Source of the DNA: an uncultured Candidatus Pelagibacter sp.
GTDB lineage: Bacteria > Pseudomonadota > Alphaproteobacteria > Pelagibacterales > Pelagibacteraceae
Reading direction: 5' to 3'
Assembly: GCA_905618805.1 (NCBI GenBank)
Contig: CAJQSZ010000019.1
Coordinates: forward strand, 1,054 to 65,053
DNA: 64,000 nucleotides
The translations under genes and the position numbers were made by a program. Of this stretch, positions 20,215 through 31,244 are shown one piece after another (positions within the stretch are counted from its first letter, which is position 1; every line of letters begins with the position of its first letter). The notes beneath the pieces were generated by a model. It was given only the letters and a program-made list of their open reading frames with translations. It searched no databases and was not told the origin of the DNA.

Positions 20215-20478
20215 TTAATCTATATTTATTAAAATAAATATAAGTGATACCACCATTCCAATAATCAAAATATGATTACCTAAATCAAAAAACCCAACTT
20301 GTTTATTTTTTTTATCAATAAATCTTCTACTAATAGGCAAATTGTCATATGGATTAATTTTGATTGACGCACTCTTTTCTTCCTTAGCTTCTATTTTTAA
20401 TTGAGTGCCAAACCATGTTACATAAATGAAAAGTAAAAAAAATATTAATGCTCCAGCAAGTACAGTAAAACCAGTCAT
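20215..20478 (-). CDS. Hypothetical 87-aa membrane protein in the alternative cox operon
   Basis: AGGAGG RBS (plus-strand cctcct 20488-20493) before ATG 20478; N- and C-terminal hydrophobic helices. Confidence 0.7.
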   Translation of the reverse strand: MTGFTVLAGALIFFLLFIYVTWFGTQLKIEAKEEKSASIKINPYDNLPISRRFIDKKNKQVGFFDLGNHILIIGMVVSLIFILINID

Positions 20479-20483
20479 ATAAA

Positions 20484-20822
20484 TTATCCTCCTATAAAAA
20501 AATATAATAATCTTGTAAAAACAGTGTATTTTGCTTCTGCTGCCATGAGAACAATAAAACCAACTATTGCTGTCATTGGCCACAAAAGAATATTGACTAA
20601 AGCATATCGCTCCCAATACAAGTGCATAAAGAAAGCCATTATTAAGCCCGCTTTAAGAAACATGAATATTAAAATTAAACTATGTCTCAATAATCCCTGA
20701 AATTGAAACCAGTCAACCAAGTAAGAGAAGAAACTAAGTACGAATAGTAACCCCCAAATCCATAGATAGATTCCTATCTTATGCGTTGAGCTAGCTTGTT
20801 CTTTTTTTTGTATTTCATCCAT
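20484..20822 (-). CDS. Heme-copper oxidase subunit IV (CoxQ-like)
   Basis: YLWIWGLL, KAGLIMAFFMHL.WE motif of prokaryotic COX4; three TMs. Confidence 0.88.
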   Translation of the reverse strand: MDEIQKKEQASSTHKIGIYLWIWGLLFVLSFFSYLVDWFQFQGLLRHSLILIFMFLKAGLIMAFFMHLYWERYALVNILLWPMTAIVGFIVLMAAEAKYTVFTRLLYFFIGG

Positions 20823-20831
20823 AATTTTTGT

Positions 20832-21536
20832 TTACCATAAGTAAAAAAAGGCAAATATAAATACCCATACCAAATCAACAAAGTGCCAATAAAGACCTAA
20901 AATTTCTATTGCAACATAATCTGATTTCATGGTGGTAAAAAAACCTCTTTTGCCATTGTCAAAATCACCTCTAAAAACTTTTCTTGCATAAATAAATAAA
21001 AATATCACCCCAATCGATACATGTGTTCCATGAAAACCCGTGATCATAAAAAAGAATGATCCAAATTGTTTAGCTCCGAATGGATTTTCCCATGGTCTAA
21101 CACCTTCGTGTATTAATTTTGACCATTCAAATATCTGCATACCCACAAAAGTAAGGCCACCTATAGCTGTAGCTAATATCAGCCAGCCACACATTTTTCT
21201 ATTTTTTTCATATCCATATTTAACTGCAAGTGCCATAGTTCCACTGCTTGTGATTAAAACAAATGTCATAATTGCAATTAATAATAACGGAACAGGTACC
21301 CCGCCTACATGTAATGAGAAAACCTCACTTGTATTTGGCCAATCTACTACAGTAGAAGTTCTTCCTTTCATATATGAAATTAAAAAACAGCTAAATATAA
21401 AAGTGTCACTTAATAAAAAAATCCACATCATAACTTTACCCCATTGAACACCTTTAAACGCAGTTTGATCTGATCCCATATCGTGGGACATCCCCTTAAA
21501 ACCTTCAGGTAAATTATTTAATGAATTATTTGACAT
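20832..21536 (-). CDS. coxP: Alternative cytochrome c oxidase subunit III (CoxP-like)
   Basis: MMWIFLLSDTFIF, TFVLITSS.TM, TGFHGTHV, YWHFVDLVWVFIF. Confidence 0.85.
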   Translation of the reverse strand: MSNNSLNNLPEGFKGMSHDMGSDQTAFKGVQWGKVMMWIFLLSDTFIFSCFLISYMKGRTSTVVDWPNTSEVFSLHVGGVPVPLLLIAIMTFVLITSSGTMALAVKYGYEKNRKMCGWLILATAIGGLTFVGMQIFEWSKLIHEGVRPWENPFGAKQFGSFFFMITGFHGTHVSIGVIFLFIYARKVFRGDFDNGKRGFFTTMKSDYVAIEILGLYWHFVDLVWVFIFAFFYLW

Positions 21537-21539
21537 TAG

Positions 21540-23381
21540 TTAAGTTTTTTGAACCTCCGCATTTATAACTTCACTTGGTGGAGTTGTCTGAGTTATATAA
21601 TCTTCTTTTGCTCCTGGTACATTAAAGTCATAAGGCCACCTATAAATAACTGGTAATTTTTCTCCCCAATTACCATGAGCTGGTGGCACTTCTGGAGTTA
21701 ACCACTCTAAAGAATTTGCTTTCCAGGGATTTTTTCCTGCTGGTTTTCCAATACTCAAACTTGATACTATATTGTAAATAAATATAAGCTGTGCGAAACC
21801 AACAATTAGAGCTGCTACAGTTATAAATTCATTCATTCCAGTGGCAGAAGCTACATAAGGACTATCATACATTTCATAATATCTTCTTGGTACTCCGATA
21901 AAACCAAGATAGTGCATCGGAAAATAAATAGAATAAGCTCCTAAAAAAGTGATCCAAAAATGCCACTTACCTAATTTTTCACTTAACATTCTTCCTGTAA
22001 CTAAAGGAAACCAATGATATACAGCTCCCATAATTACCATAAGCGGAGCAATACCCATCACCATATGAAAGTGAGCTATTACAAAATAAGTATCAGATAG
22101 CGGAATATCTACAGCAACGTTTCCTAAAAAAATTCCAGTAATACCTCCGTTTACAAAAGTGACTATAAAACCTAAACAAAAAAGCATTACAGTATTCATT
22201 CTTATGTTGGCTCTAAATAACGTGATTATCCAGTTATAAACTTTTAATGCAGTCGGTACTGCAATAATAAGAGTAGTTGTTGCAAAGAAAAACCCAAACC
22301 AGGGATTCATTCCACTAACATACATGTGATGAGCCCAAACAAAAAAACTTAAGCCCCCAATACCAACGATAGCCCAAACCATCATTCGATATCCAAAAAT
22401 ATTTTTTCTAGCATGTACTGATATTAAATCTGAAACTATTCCAAAAGCAGGAAGAGCAACAATATAAACTTCGGGATGTCCGAAAAACCAAAATAAATGC
22501 TGGAAAAGAACAGGACTTCCTCCTCCATAGTCTAATACTTCTCCTGCTTGGAGAATTGCTGGCATAAAAAAGCTAGTCTCAAGCATCTTATCTAAAGTCA
22601 TCATAATGCAGCTAACCAATAAAGCTGGAAAAGCTAGCATTGCTAAAGCAGTTGCGGTAAAAATTCCCCATATTGTTAAGGGCATCCTCATTAAAGTCAT
22701 TCCTCTGGTACGGGCTTGTAAAATTGTAATTATGTAATTTAATCCACCCATGGTAAATCCAATTACAAATAAAGATAAGGAAGCAAGCATTAAAATAATT
22801 CCCATATTTGAACCAGGGGTACCTGGTAAAATTGCTTGTGGAGGATATAGAGTCCAGCCCGCTCCAGTTGGCCCACCTGGAACAAAAAAACTAGCCATCA
22901 AAACACAAACTGCGATAAAAAACATCCAGAAACTAAGCATGTTTACATATGGAAAAACCATATCTCTTGCACCAACCATCAAGGGAATTAGATAATTTCC
23001 AAAGCCACCCAAAAATAATGCTGTTAAAAAATAAACAACCATTATCATTCCATGCATAGTTACAAACTGATAATAGTGTTCTGGTGTAATAAATGGAACT
23101 AAATCTGGATAACCTAACTGTAAACGCATCAGCCAAGAAAGAACAAGACCAACTATTCCTGTAAAAACTGCAGTAAGAAAATATTGTATCCCAATAATTT
23201 TTGCATCCTGACAAAAAATCCATTTAGTAATAAAACTATGACCATGGTATAGATCCTGTTCTGGGAGCTCTGCAGGTCTTACATAATCAATATCTTTTGA
23301 TGAGGTACCAGAAGTACCAGACATAGTTTCTGAAGATTTTGCCTCAAGAGGTGTGTTTTTCTGGTTATATTCGTCTGACAT
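21540..23381 (-). CDS. coxN: Alternative cytochrome c oxidase subunit I (CoxN-like, A1 type)
   Basis: QDAKIIGIQY, TMHG, GARDM (D-channel), [19 protein letters not shown] (K-channel), AHFHM, PRRY. Confidence 0.9.
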   Translation of the reverse strand: MSDEYNQKNTPLEAKSSETMSGTSGTSSKDIDYVRPAELPEQDLYHGHSFITKWIFCQDAKIIGIQYFLTAVFTGIVGLVLSWLMRLQLGYPDLVPFITPEHYYQFVTMHGMIMVVYFLTALFLGGFGNYLIPLMVGARDMVFPYVNMLSFWMFFIAVCVLMASFFVPGGPTGAGWTLYPPQAILPGTPGSNMGIILMLASLSLFVIGFTMGGLNYIITILQARTRGMTLMRMPLTIWGIFTATALAMLAFPALLVSCIMMTLDKMLETSFFMPAILQAGEVLDYGGGSPVLFQHLFWFFGHPEVYIVALPAFGIVSDLISVHARKNIFGYRMMVWAIVGIGGLSFFVWAHHMYVSGMNPWFGFFFATTTLIIAVPTALKVYNWIITLFRANIRMNTVMLFCLGFIVTFVNGGITGIFLGNVAVDIPLSDTYFVIAHFHMVMGIAPLMVIMGAVYHWFPLVTGRMLSEKLGKWHFWITFLGAYSIYFPMHYLGFIGVPRRYYEMYDSPYVASATGMNEFITVAALIVGFAQLIFIYNIVSSLSIGKPAGKNPWKANSLEWLTPEVPPAHGNWGEKLPVIYRWPYDFNVPGAKEDYITQTTPPSEVINAEVQKT

Positions 23382-23398
23382 AATTATCCTTACATTAT

Positions 23399-24241
23399 TT
23401 AATTATTATTTTTAGCCATGAGATTTTTTTTTAATTTGTTTTTTTCTTGCTTGGCAATTAAATCTGAAAAAGTTTCTTGTTCTTTAATCCAGTTTTCATA
23501 ATTGCCTTCACTTTCAACAATAACTTTTGCTCTCATGGCATAGTGGCCTATTCCACAATACTCAGCACATAGAACTTCATACTCACCTATTTTATTTGGC
23601 TCAAACCAATAATAAGTAATTATCCCAGGTATAGCATCCATTTTTGCTCTAAATTGAGGAACATAATAATTGTGTAAAACATCCAGTGATCTTAATAAAA
23701 TTTTTACTGGTCTATCTGTTTTTAGATGAAGAACATCGTCTTCAATTAAAATATCATCTTTTCCATTTGGATCATCCAAGTTTATTCCAAAAGGGTTGTC
23801 GTCACTAATTTCTGTTACTTGAGCAGTTCCTAATATTCCATCTTCACCTGGCAATCTATACTGCCATCCCCACTGCCAGGCATTCACTTCAACTTGCAGT
23901 GCATTTTTTGGGGTATTAATATAATTATTATAAACGATAAGTCCTGGTGCCAAAAGAGCAATGACTCCTACAGTAGTTGCAATGGTTAATATTTTTTCTA
24001 ATTTATGATCCTCTGGTTTGTATTCAACAATACGACCTTCTTTATAAGAAAACATAAAAATGCAATACACCATGAACAGACAAACTAAAATAAATACGCC
24101 TCCACCAATCCAAAAAGTTAAATTAATTGTGTCATCCATTGCTCCCCAATTTGAAGCTATGTCAGTCCACCACCATGGAGTAAATATGTGGAACAAAACT
24201 GAACCAACAATTACTCCTAAAAATATAATCCCCGGGTGCAT
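23399..24241 (-). CDS. coxM: Alternative cytochrome c oxidase subunit II (CoxM-like, CuA)
   Basis: PWWW..IASNW, PG.DG.LG and DPNGKDD insert, DVLH, CAEYCGIGHYAM CuA motif; ATG 24241. Confidence 0.88.
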   Translation of the reverse strand: MHPGIIFLGVIVGSVLFHIFTPWWWTDIASNWGAMDDTINLTFWIGGGVFILVCLFMVYCIFMFSYKEGRIVEYKPEDHKLEKILTIATTVGVIALLAPGLIVYNNYINTPKNALQVEVNAWQWGWQYRLPGEDGILGTAQVTEISDDNPFGINLDDPNGKDDILIEDDVLHLKTDRPVKILLRSLDVLHNYYVPQFRAKMDAIPGIITYYWFEPNKIGEYEVLCAEYCGIGHYAMRAKVIVESEGNYENWIKEQETFSDLIAKQEKNKLKKNLMAKNNN

Positions 24242-24344
24242 ATTTGTCTCTCTCTCGTTGATAACAGTAATTGATATCAATTAGAGAATCTATAGAAAAA
24301 TATATTAATAATTCAACAAATAAGGCTTTATAGTAGATTGAATT

Positions 24345-24536
24345 ATGCTTGGAAAATTTGGTATTTATATAACTATACTTATTTTGGTATTTCTTTTTTA
24401 TCTTGTAATTGCATTGGGTGCAGGAGGTTTTTCAAAAAAAGAAAAGAGGCCAGAGGTAAAAAAATATTTAAGGTCTGTAAATATTTTATTAATTTTTATA
24501 ATTATTGTTGCAACTATTTTAATGCTATTTCTTTAA
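24345..24536 (+). CDS. Hypothetical 63-aa two-TM membrane protein
   Basis: ATG-started ORF filling the coxM-coxO gap; TM-basic loop-TM. Confidence 0.6.
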   Translation: MLGKFGIYITILILVFLFYLVIALGAGGFSKKEKRPEVKKYLRSVNILLIFIIIVATILMLFL

Positions 24537-24541
24537 AATAC

Positions 24542-25222
24542 TTAGTTGAGTAACGCTTGACACCAAGCAATAACAGTATCATTAAAAACATACATAATTA
24601 AAAAAAATACAAGCCAAACAATTAATAAAAAAGTCCAATAAAGAGATAGGGCGTCGATACTTTTTTGCTCTTTTATAGTGTTCTCTTTTTTTAGCTTGTT
24701 GACTTTAGAAAAAACTTTACCCCAAAAGAACAATCCACCTAAAAGATGTAATCCATGGAGTGCTGTAAAAATATAAAAAGAAGAAAAATAATTATTTGTA
24801 GAAACATAATTTCCACTTTTCATTAATCGAAACCAAAATAATATTTGTCCAAATAAAAACAAATAACTTAAAAAACCAACTATAAGTAAATTAATTTTAA
24901 TCTTGTCAAAATTACTTTTTTTGAGATCATTTGTAATTTTATTGAAAAAATAAGTTACAGCTAGTAAAATTAAAGTGTTCAACCATAGTAAATTTGGTTT
25001 TAATAAATATCCAGTATCTTGACTTGCAGGAATACTGTAAAGATAACCAGTAACAACCAAAGTAAATAGTACAGTGCTTACACCAAAAATCACTATAACT
25101 GCTGATGTCTGTAACGATATATTAAAAGTTTTACCTTGATGATAATTATCAGTTATGATCTGTTCTTTTTCCCAAGGCTTATCAGTTAGTGTGCCAAAAA
25201 CTTTTTTAAAAAATCTAGACAT
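24542..25222 (-). CDS. coxO: Heme-copper oxidase subunit III-like (CoxO-like)
   Basis: LTDKPW N-terminus, P.LLWLNT.IL, FTALHGLHLLGGL, YWTFLLIVWLV. Confidence 0.8.
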   Translation of the reverse strand: MSRFFKKVFGTLTDKPWEKEQIITDNYHQGKTFNISLQTSAVIVIFGVSTVLFTLVVTGYLYSIPASQDTGYLLKPNLLWLNTLILLAVTYFFNKITNDLKKSNFDKIKINLLIVGFLSYLFLFGQILFWFRLMKSGNYVSTNNYFSSFYIFTALHGLHLLGGLFFWGKVFSKVNKLKKENTIKEQKSIDALSLYWTFLLIVWLVFFLIMYVFNDTVIAWCQALLN

Positions 25223-25257
25223 AGTTTTAATATATATATTATATTAGCTATTAAATT

Positions 25258-25845
25258 ATGAAATTAAAGACATCAATAACTATTCTGGTGGGTTGTTTAT
25301 TAATTTTTCTATTTATTATGCTTCCCATTGTCCTTTCGATACAGGAAAAGAAGGATAAATTTATCTCATCATATTCCGGTTCATCCTTTGAATTAAAAGA
25401 TGTAAACAATAAACTAATAACAGAAAAATCTTTTCAAGGTCCATTAACTGCAATTTTTTTTGGTTTTACAAATTGTCCTGATATATGTCCACTGACATTA
25501 TCTAACCTAGATCAAGTTTTAGAAAAATTAAATGATGATGAGAGTAAAAAATTTGCAGTTTATTTTATAAGTATTGATCCTGAAAAAGATAGTCCCAAAA
25601 TCATTAAGAATTATTTAGATTCTTTTAAAAATAAAATATTTGGAATAACAGGAGACCCTCGAAAAATATTTTCTCTTTCAAAATCTTGGGGAGTATTGAG
25701 TGAAAAAATTTTTACTGAAGATGGTGGGTATTTAATTGATCACAGCTCCTCCGTACTTTTATTAAAAAAAGGAAAGTATATTGATCGAATTAGTCATCAT
25801 GAAAATTTGGATAATATATTTAAAGTAATTAAGGGTTATTTGTAA
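25258..25845 (+). CDS. SCO1/SenC copper chaperone
   Basis: N-terminal TM, FGFTNCPDICP, ISIDPEKD, YLIDHS. Confidence 0.93.
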   Translation: MKLKTSITILVGCLLIFLFIMLPIVLSIQEKKDKFISSYSGSSFELKDVNNKLITEKSFQGPLTAIFFGFTNCPDICPLTLSNLDQVLEKLNDDESKKFAVYFISIDPEKDSPKIIKNYLDSFKNKIFGITGDPRKIFSLSKSWGVLSEKIFTEDGGYLIDHSSSVLLLKKGKYIDRISHHENLDNIFKVIKGYL

Positions 25846-25855
25846 GCTTGCAAAA

Positions 25856-26509
25856 TTAATATGTATTTTTTCTAACATATAAATAAAATAAAAAAATTGA
25901 CAGTGCTAAAGAAAACCAAGTAATAGCATACTTTTTGTGACTATTTGAAATATTTACAGTAATAATTTTTGGTTTTGGTAATTCTAAATCATTATTTAAG
26001 TAAATTACAAATGGTGAAAATTTTTTATTTGTATATTGAAAAATATCATCCCTATCTAAAGTAAACCAGTAATTATTATTGATATCATTAATTGGCTTAA
26101 ACCTGTTAGCCTTAGATTGTTTTCTTAACGTTCCTAAAATAGTTTTATGATCAAAAATATCAATTTCTTTAGTATTTTTTTTATCAAAAGGTATCCATCC
26201 TCTATTTAATAAAAAGTTTTTATTATTAATTATAATTGGACTAACAACATTAAATCCTGGTGCACCTTTTTCATTTAAACTATATAAATAAATTTGTTTA
26301 TCAAAATCTAAAACCCCTGAAGTTTTAATTTTTAGATAGTCTTCAGGAACATTGGTCATCAAATCAACAGGTTCTTTCTTCAAAGAAACATCAATTTTAT
26401 TTAATAATTCATTTTTCCAATCCAATCTTACTAGTTGCCAGCTACCTAATGTTATAAATATAGATATAAAAAAGAATACGAAAATTGAAAATAAAAGTTT
26501 ATTTCTCAA
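25856..26509 (-). CDS. surf1: SURF1 family cytochrome oxidase assembly protein
   Basis: LGSWQLVRL.WK, NRGWIP, H..YAITWF. Confidence 0.93.
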   Translation of the reverse strand: MRNKLLFSIFVFFFISIFITLGSWQLVRLDWKNELLNKIDVSLKKEPVDLMTNVPEDYLKIKTSGVLDFDKQIYLYSLNEKGAPGFNVVSPIIINNKNFLLNRGWIPFDKKNTKEIDIFDHKTILGTLRKQSKANRFKPINDINNNYWFTLDRDDIFQYTNKKFSPFVIYLNNDLELPKPKIITVNISNSHKKYAITWFSLALSIFLFYLYVRKNTY

Positions 26510-26518
26510 GGTTAACTA

Positions 26519-27307
26519 TTAACTTCCCCAAATATAAATTGAAGCAAATAGAAATAGCCATACTACATCAACAAAATGCCAGTACCACGCAGCAGCTTCG
26601 AAGCCAAAAAACTCACCTTTTTTATACTTGCTATTCTTACCTCGCCACCAGCATACTGCTAAAAATATGGTTCCTATAATAACGTGAAACCCATGAAAAC
26701 CAGTTGCCATATAAAATACGGCACCATATATATTCCCCGAAAAATCAAACTTTGCATGATGGTATTCGTAAATCTGCAATAAAGAAAAAGAAAAACCTAA
26801 AACGACAGTAATTGCTAAGGCCTGAACAAAGCTTTCTCTATCACCCTCTTCTAAAGCTTGATGAGCCCAAGTAACAGTAGTTCCTGATAATAGTAAAATT
26901 AATGTATTGATAAGTGGAATATCCCAAGGATCAAATGTTTCTATACCTTTTGGGGGCCACACATTTCCAAGTAATTCTGAGGGAAATAAACTTGCATTAA
27001 AATATGCCCAAAACCACGCAACAAAGAACATTACCTCAGAGGCGATGAAAAGAGTCATTCCGTATCGCAGGTGAATTTTAACAACAGGGGTATGGTGATC
27101 ATGATCAACTGACTCAATTATTACATCTCTAAACCACATGTATACTCCATAAATTAAAAGAGCAAAACCCAAATACATTCCCCAAGAAACTTCACTATGT
27201 AAATAATACACGGACCCTATTGCTAAAAATAAGCAAGAGAACGACACATAAATAGGCCAAGGGCTTGGATCTACTAAATGATAATCATGTTTTTTTTCTG
27301 ATGACAT
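26519..27307 (-). CDS. ctaE: Cytochrome c oxidase subunit III
   Basis: HDYHLVDPSPWP, FIASEVMFF, WPP.GI, TGFHGFHV, WYWHFVDVVW. Confidence 0.96.
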   Translation of the reverse strand: MSSEKKHDYHLVDPSPWPIYVSFSCLFLAIGSVYYLHSEVSWGMYLGFALLIYGVYMWFRDVIIESVDHDHHTPVVKIHLRYGMTLFIASEVMFFVAWFWAYFNASLFPSELLGNVWPPKGIETFDPWDIPLINTLILLLSGTTVTWAHQALEEGDRESFVQALAITVVLGFSFSLLQIYEYHHAKFDFSGNIYGAVFYMATGFHGFHVIIGTIFLAVCWWRGKNSKYKKGEFFGFEAAAWYWHFVDVVWLFLFASIYIWGS

Positions 27308-27308
27308 T

Positions 27309-27848
27309 TTATAATTTTGATTGAGTATAATAATCTGATGAAAAGAAAGTATAGGACATAGTTACGTCTTTAATATTTTTAGTATTTGGATCATTTACCA
27401 TTTCTGGATCTAAATAAAAAGTCATTATATACGTTGCTTTTTCACCCGCTTTCAATGCCTGCTTTTCAAAACAAAAACAACCTAATTTACTATAATACTT
27501 ACCAAAAGATGATGGAGATACATTAAAGGCAGCCACACCATACGTTGTTTCGTTTCCATAATTTTCCACTTCAAATTCAATTCGATTCACTTGACCTATG
27601 TTCACATCCATAACATTTTTTTTTACTTTAAAATTCCAAGGCAATTTATTTACATTTGTATCAAAACGAACACTCACTTTTTGATCCAAAATTATATCTG
27701 GAGCTTCTTTTGATATCTGTGTAGTTCCTCCAAATCCAGTCACTTTACAGAATATGTCATATAAGGGCACTGCAGCAAATGAAAGACCCAACATGATAAA
27801 AAAAATTCCAGCTAAAATTATAGGAGTAAGTGTTTTTTTCTGAATCAT
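27309..27848 (-). CDS. ctaG: Cytochrome c oxidase assembly protein CtaG/Cox11
   Basis: AAVPLY..FC.VTGFGGT, CFCF, SYTFF. Confidence 0.95.
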   Translation of the reverse strand: MIQKKTLTPIILAGIFFIMLGLSFAAVPLYDIFCKVTGFGGTTQISKEAPDIILDQKVSVRFDTNVNKLPWNFKVKKNVMDVNIGQVNRIEFEVENYGNETTYGVAAFNVSPSSFGKYYSKLGCFCFEKQALKAGEKATYIMTFYLDPEMVNDPNTKNIKDVTMSYTFFSSDYYTQSKL

Positions 27849-27970
27849 AATTGTCTGTCAAAAACTCCTACATTATAGAGGGTGAAAAAAAATAAAAATA
27901 TCATAAAAATTACTATTCCTAAGGCAGTAAAAATATTTTTTTTTTTAGTTTTCTTGTCTGGTATCATCAT
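27845..27970 (-). CDS. Small 41-aa membrane protein (CoxF-like), absent from the ORF track
   Basis: MMIPDKKTKKKNIFTALGIVIFMIFLFFFTLYNVGVFDRQL; basic stretch plus one TM; ATGA overlap with ctaG. Confidence 0.75.
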   Translation of the reverse strand: MMIPDKKTKKKNIFTALGIVIFMIFLFFFTLYNVGVFDRQL

Positions 27971-28008
27971 AATAATATCCTATCTATTAAAAATACTCTT
28001 CTTAAAAT

Positions 28009-30464
<2,456 letters not shown>

Positions 30465-30525
30465 AATCCACTCACTATATAAAGTGTCTTTTAAAAAATT
30501 AAACTTTAGTTATCGCGACAAAATA

Positions 30526-31227
30526 TCAATTAATTACGTAATTAACAATTGATAACGCCGAAATTACAGCAGTTTCAGATCTTAATATGTTTTCATTTAT
30601 TTTAATGGGTTGAACCGCTTTAAAAGCAAGAATCTGTTCTCTTTCCTCTTCTGAAAAATCACCTTCAGGACCAATTATAACACATGTTGGATTACTGGTA
30701 AATTTTTCTAAATCTATTTTTTTATTTTGAGAGTTTAGATCGGTGAACAGTAAATCCATTTTTTCATTGCTTAAAAAATCTTTTAAAGACTGTGGTTCTT
30801 CAATAGAAGGTACATTAATTCGATTAGATTGTTCAGCAGCTTCTATAATTACTTTTTCTAACCTTTCCTTGTTAATTTTTCTAACTATCGTTCTATCAAA
30901 TATAATAGGTATAAACTTTGTAACACCCAGCTCGGTTGCTTTTTGAATCATGAAATTAAAATAATTTGATTTAATAGGTGAAAAAGATAACCACAGCTCT
31001 TTAGTGCTTTCTTTTTGTCTTAATTGTTTTGTAATATTAAATTCAACAATACTTTTAGATATATTTAAAATTTTTGCTTCCCACTCTCCACTGCTATTAA
31101 ATAAAGAGAAAACTTCACTCACTTTAACTCTCATTACTTTGCTTACATAATGTGATTGTGATTTATCAAGTTTAGCAGTTAAATTAAGTGATAAACTTTC
31201 TTTAAAAAATAATCTAATATTACTCAT
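30526..31227 (-). CDS. rsmE: 16S rRNA m3U1498 methyltransferase
   Basis: H...VMR, QKATELGV, EAAEQS.R, IGPEGDFS, ILRSETA. Confidence 0.94.
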   Translation of the reverse strand: MSNIRLFFKESLSLNLTAKLDKSQSHYVSKVMRVKVSEVFSLFNSSGEWEAKILNISKSIVEFNITKQLRQKESTKELWLSFSPIKSNYFNFMIQKATELGVTKFIPIIFDRTIVRKINKERLEKVIIEAAEQSNRINVPSIEEPQSLKDFLSNEKMDLLFTDLNSQNKKIDLEKFTSNPTCVIIGPEGDFSEEEREQILAFKAVQPIKINENILRSETAVISALSIVNYVIN

Positions 31228-31244
31228 TAAGTTTAATTTAATTT

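Noticed and set aside
20479-20616. N-terminal 46 aa of the 133-aa ORF call
   Set aside because: Overlaps coxQ; the RBS supports a start at 20478
24338-24553. 71-aa Cys-rich TTG ORF
   Set aside because: Alternative frame of the more plausible ATG-started 63-aa membrane ORF
18917-25855. Calling the alternative oxidase block a mobile element
   Set aside because: No integrase, transposase, tRNA site or clean terminal repeats; only the surf1-like relic supports insertion
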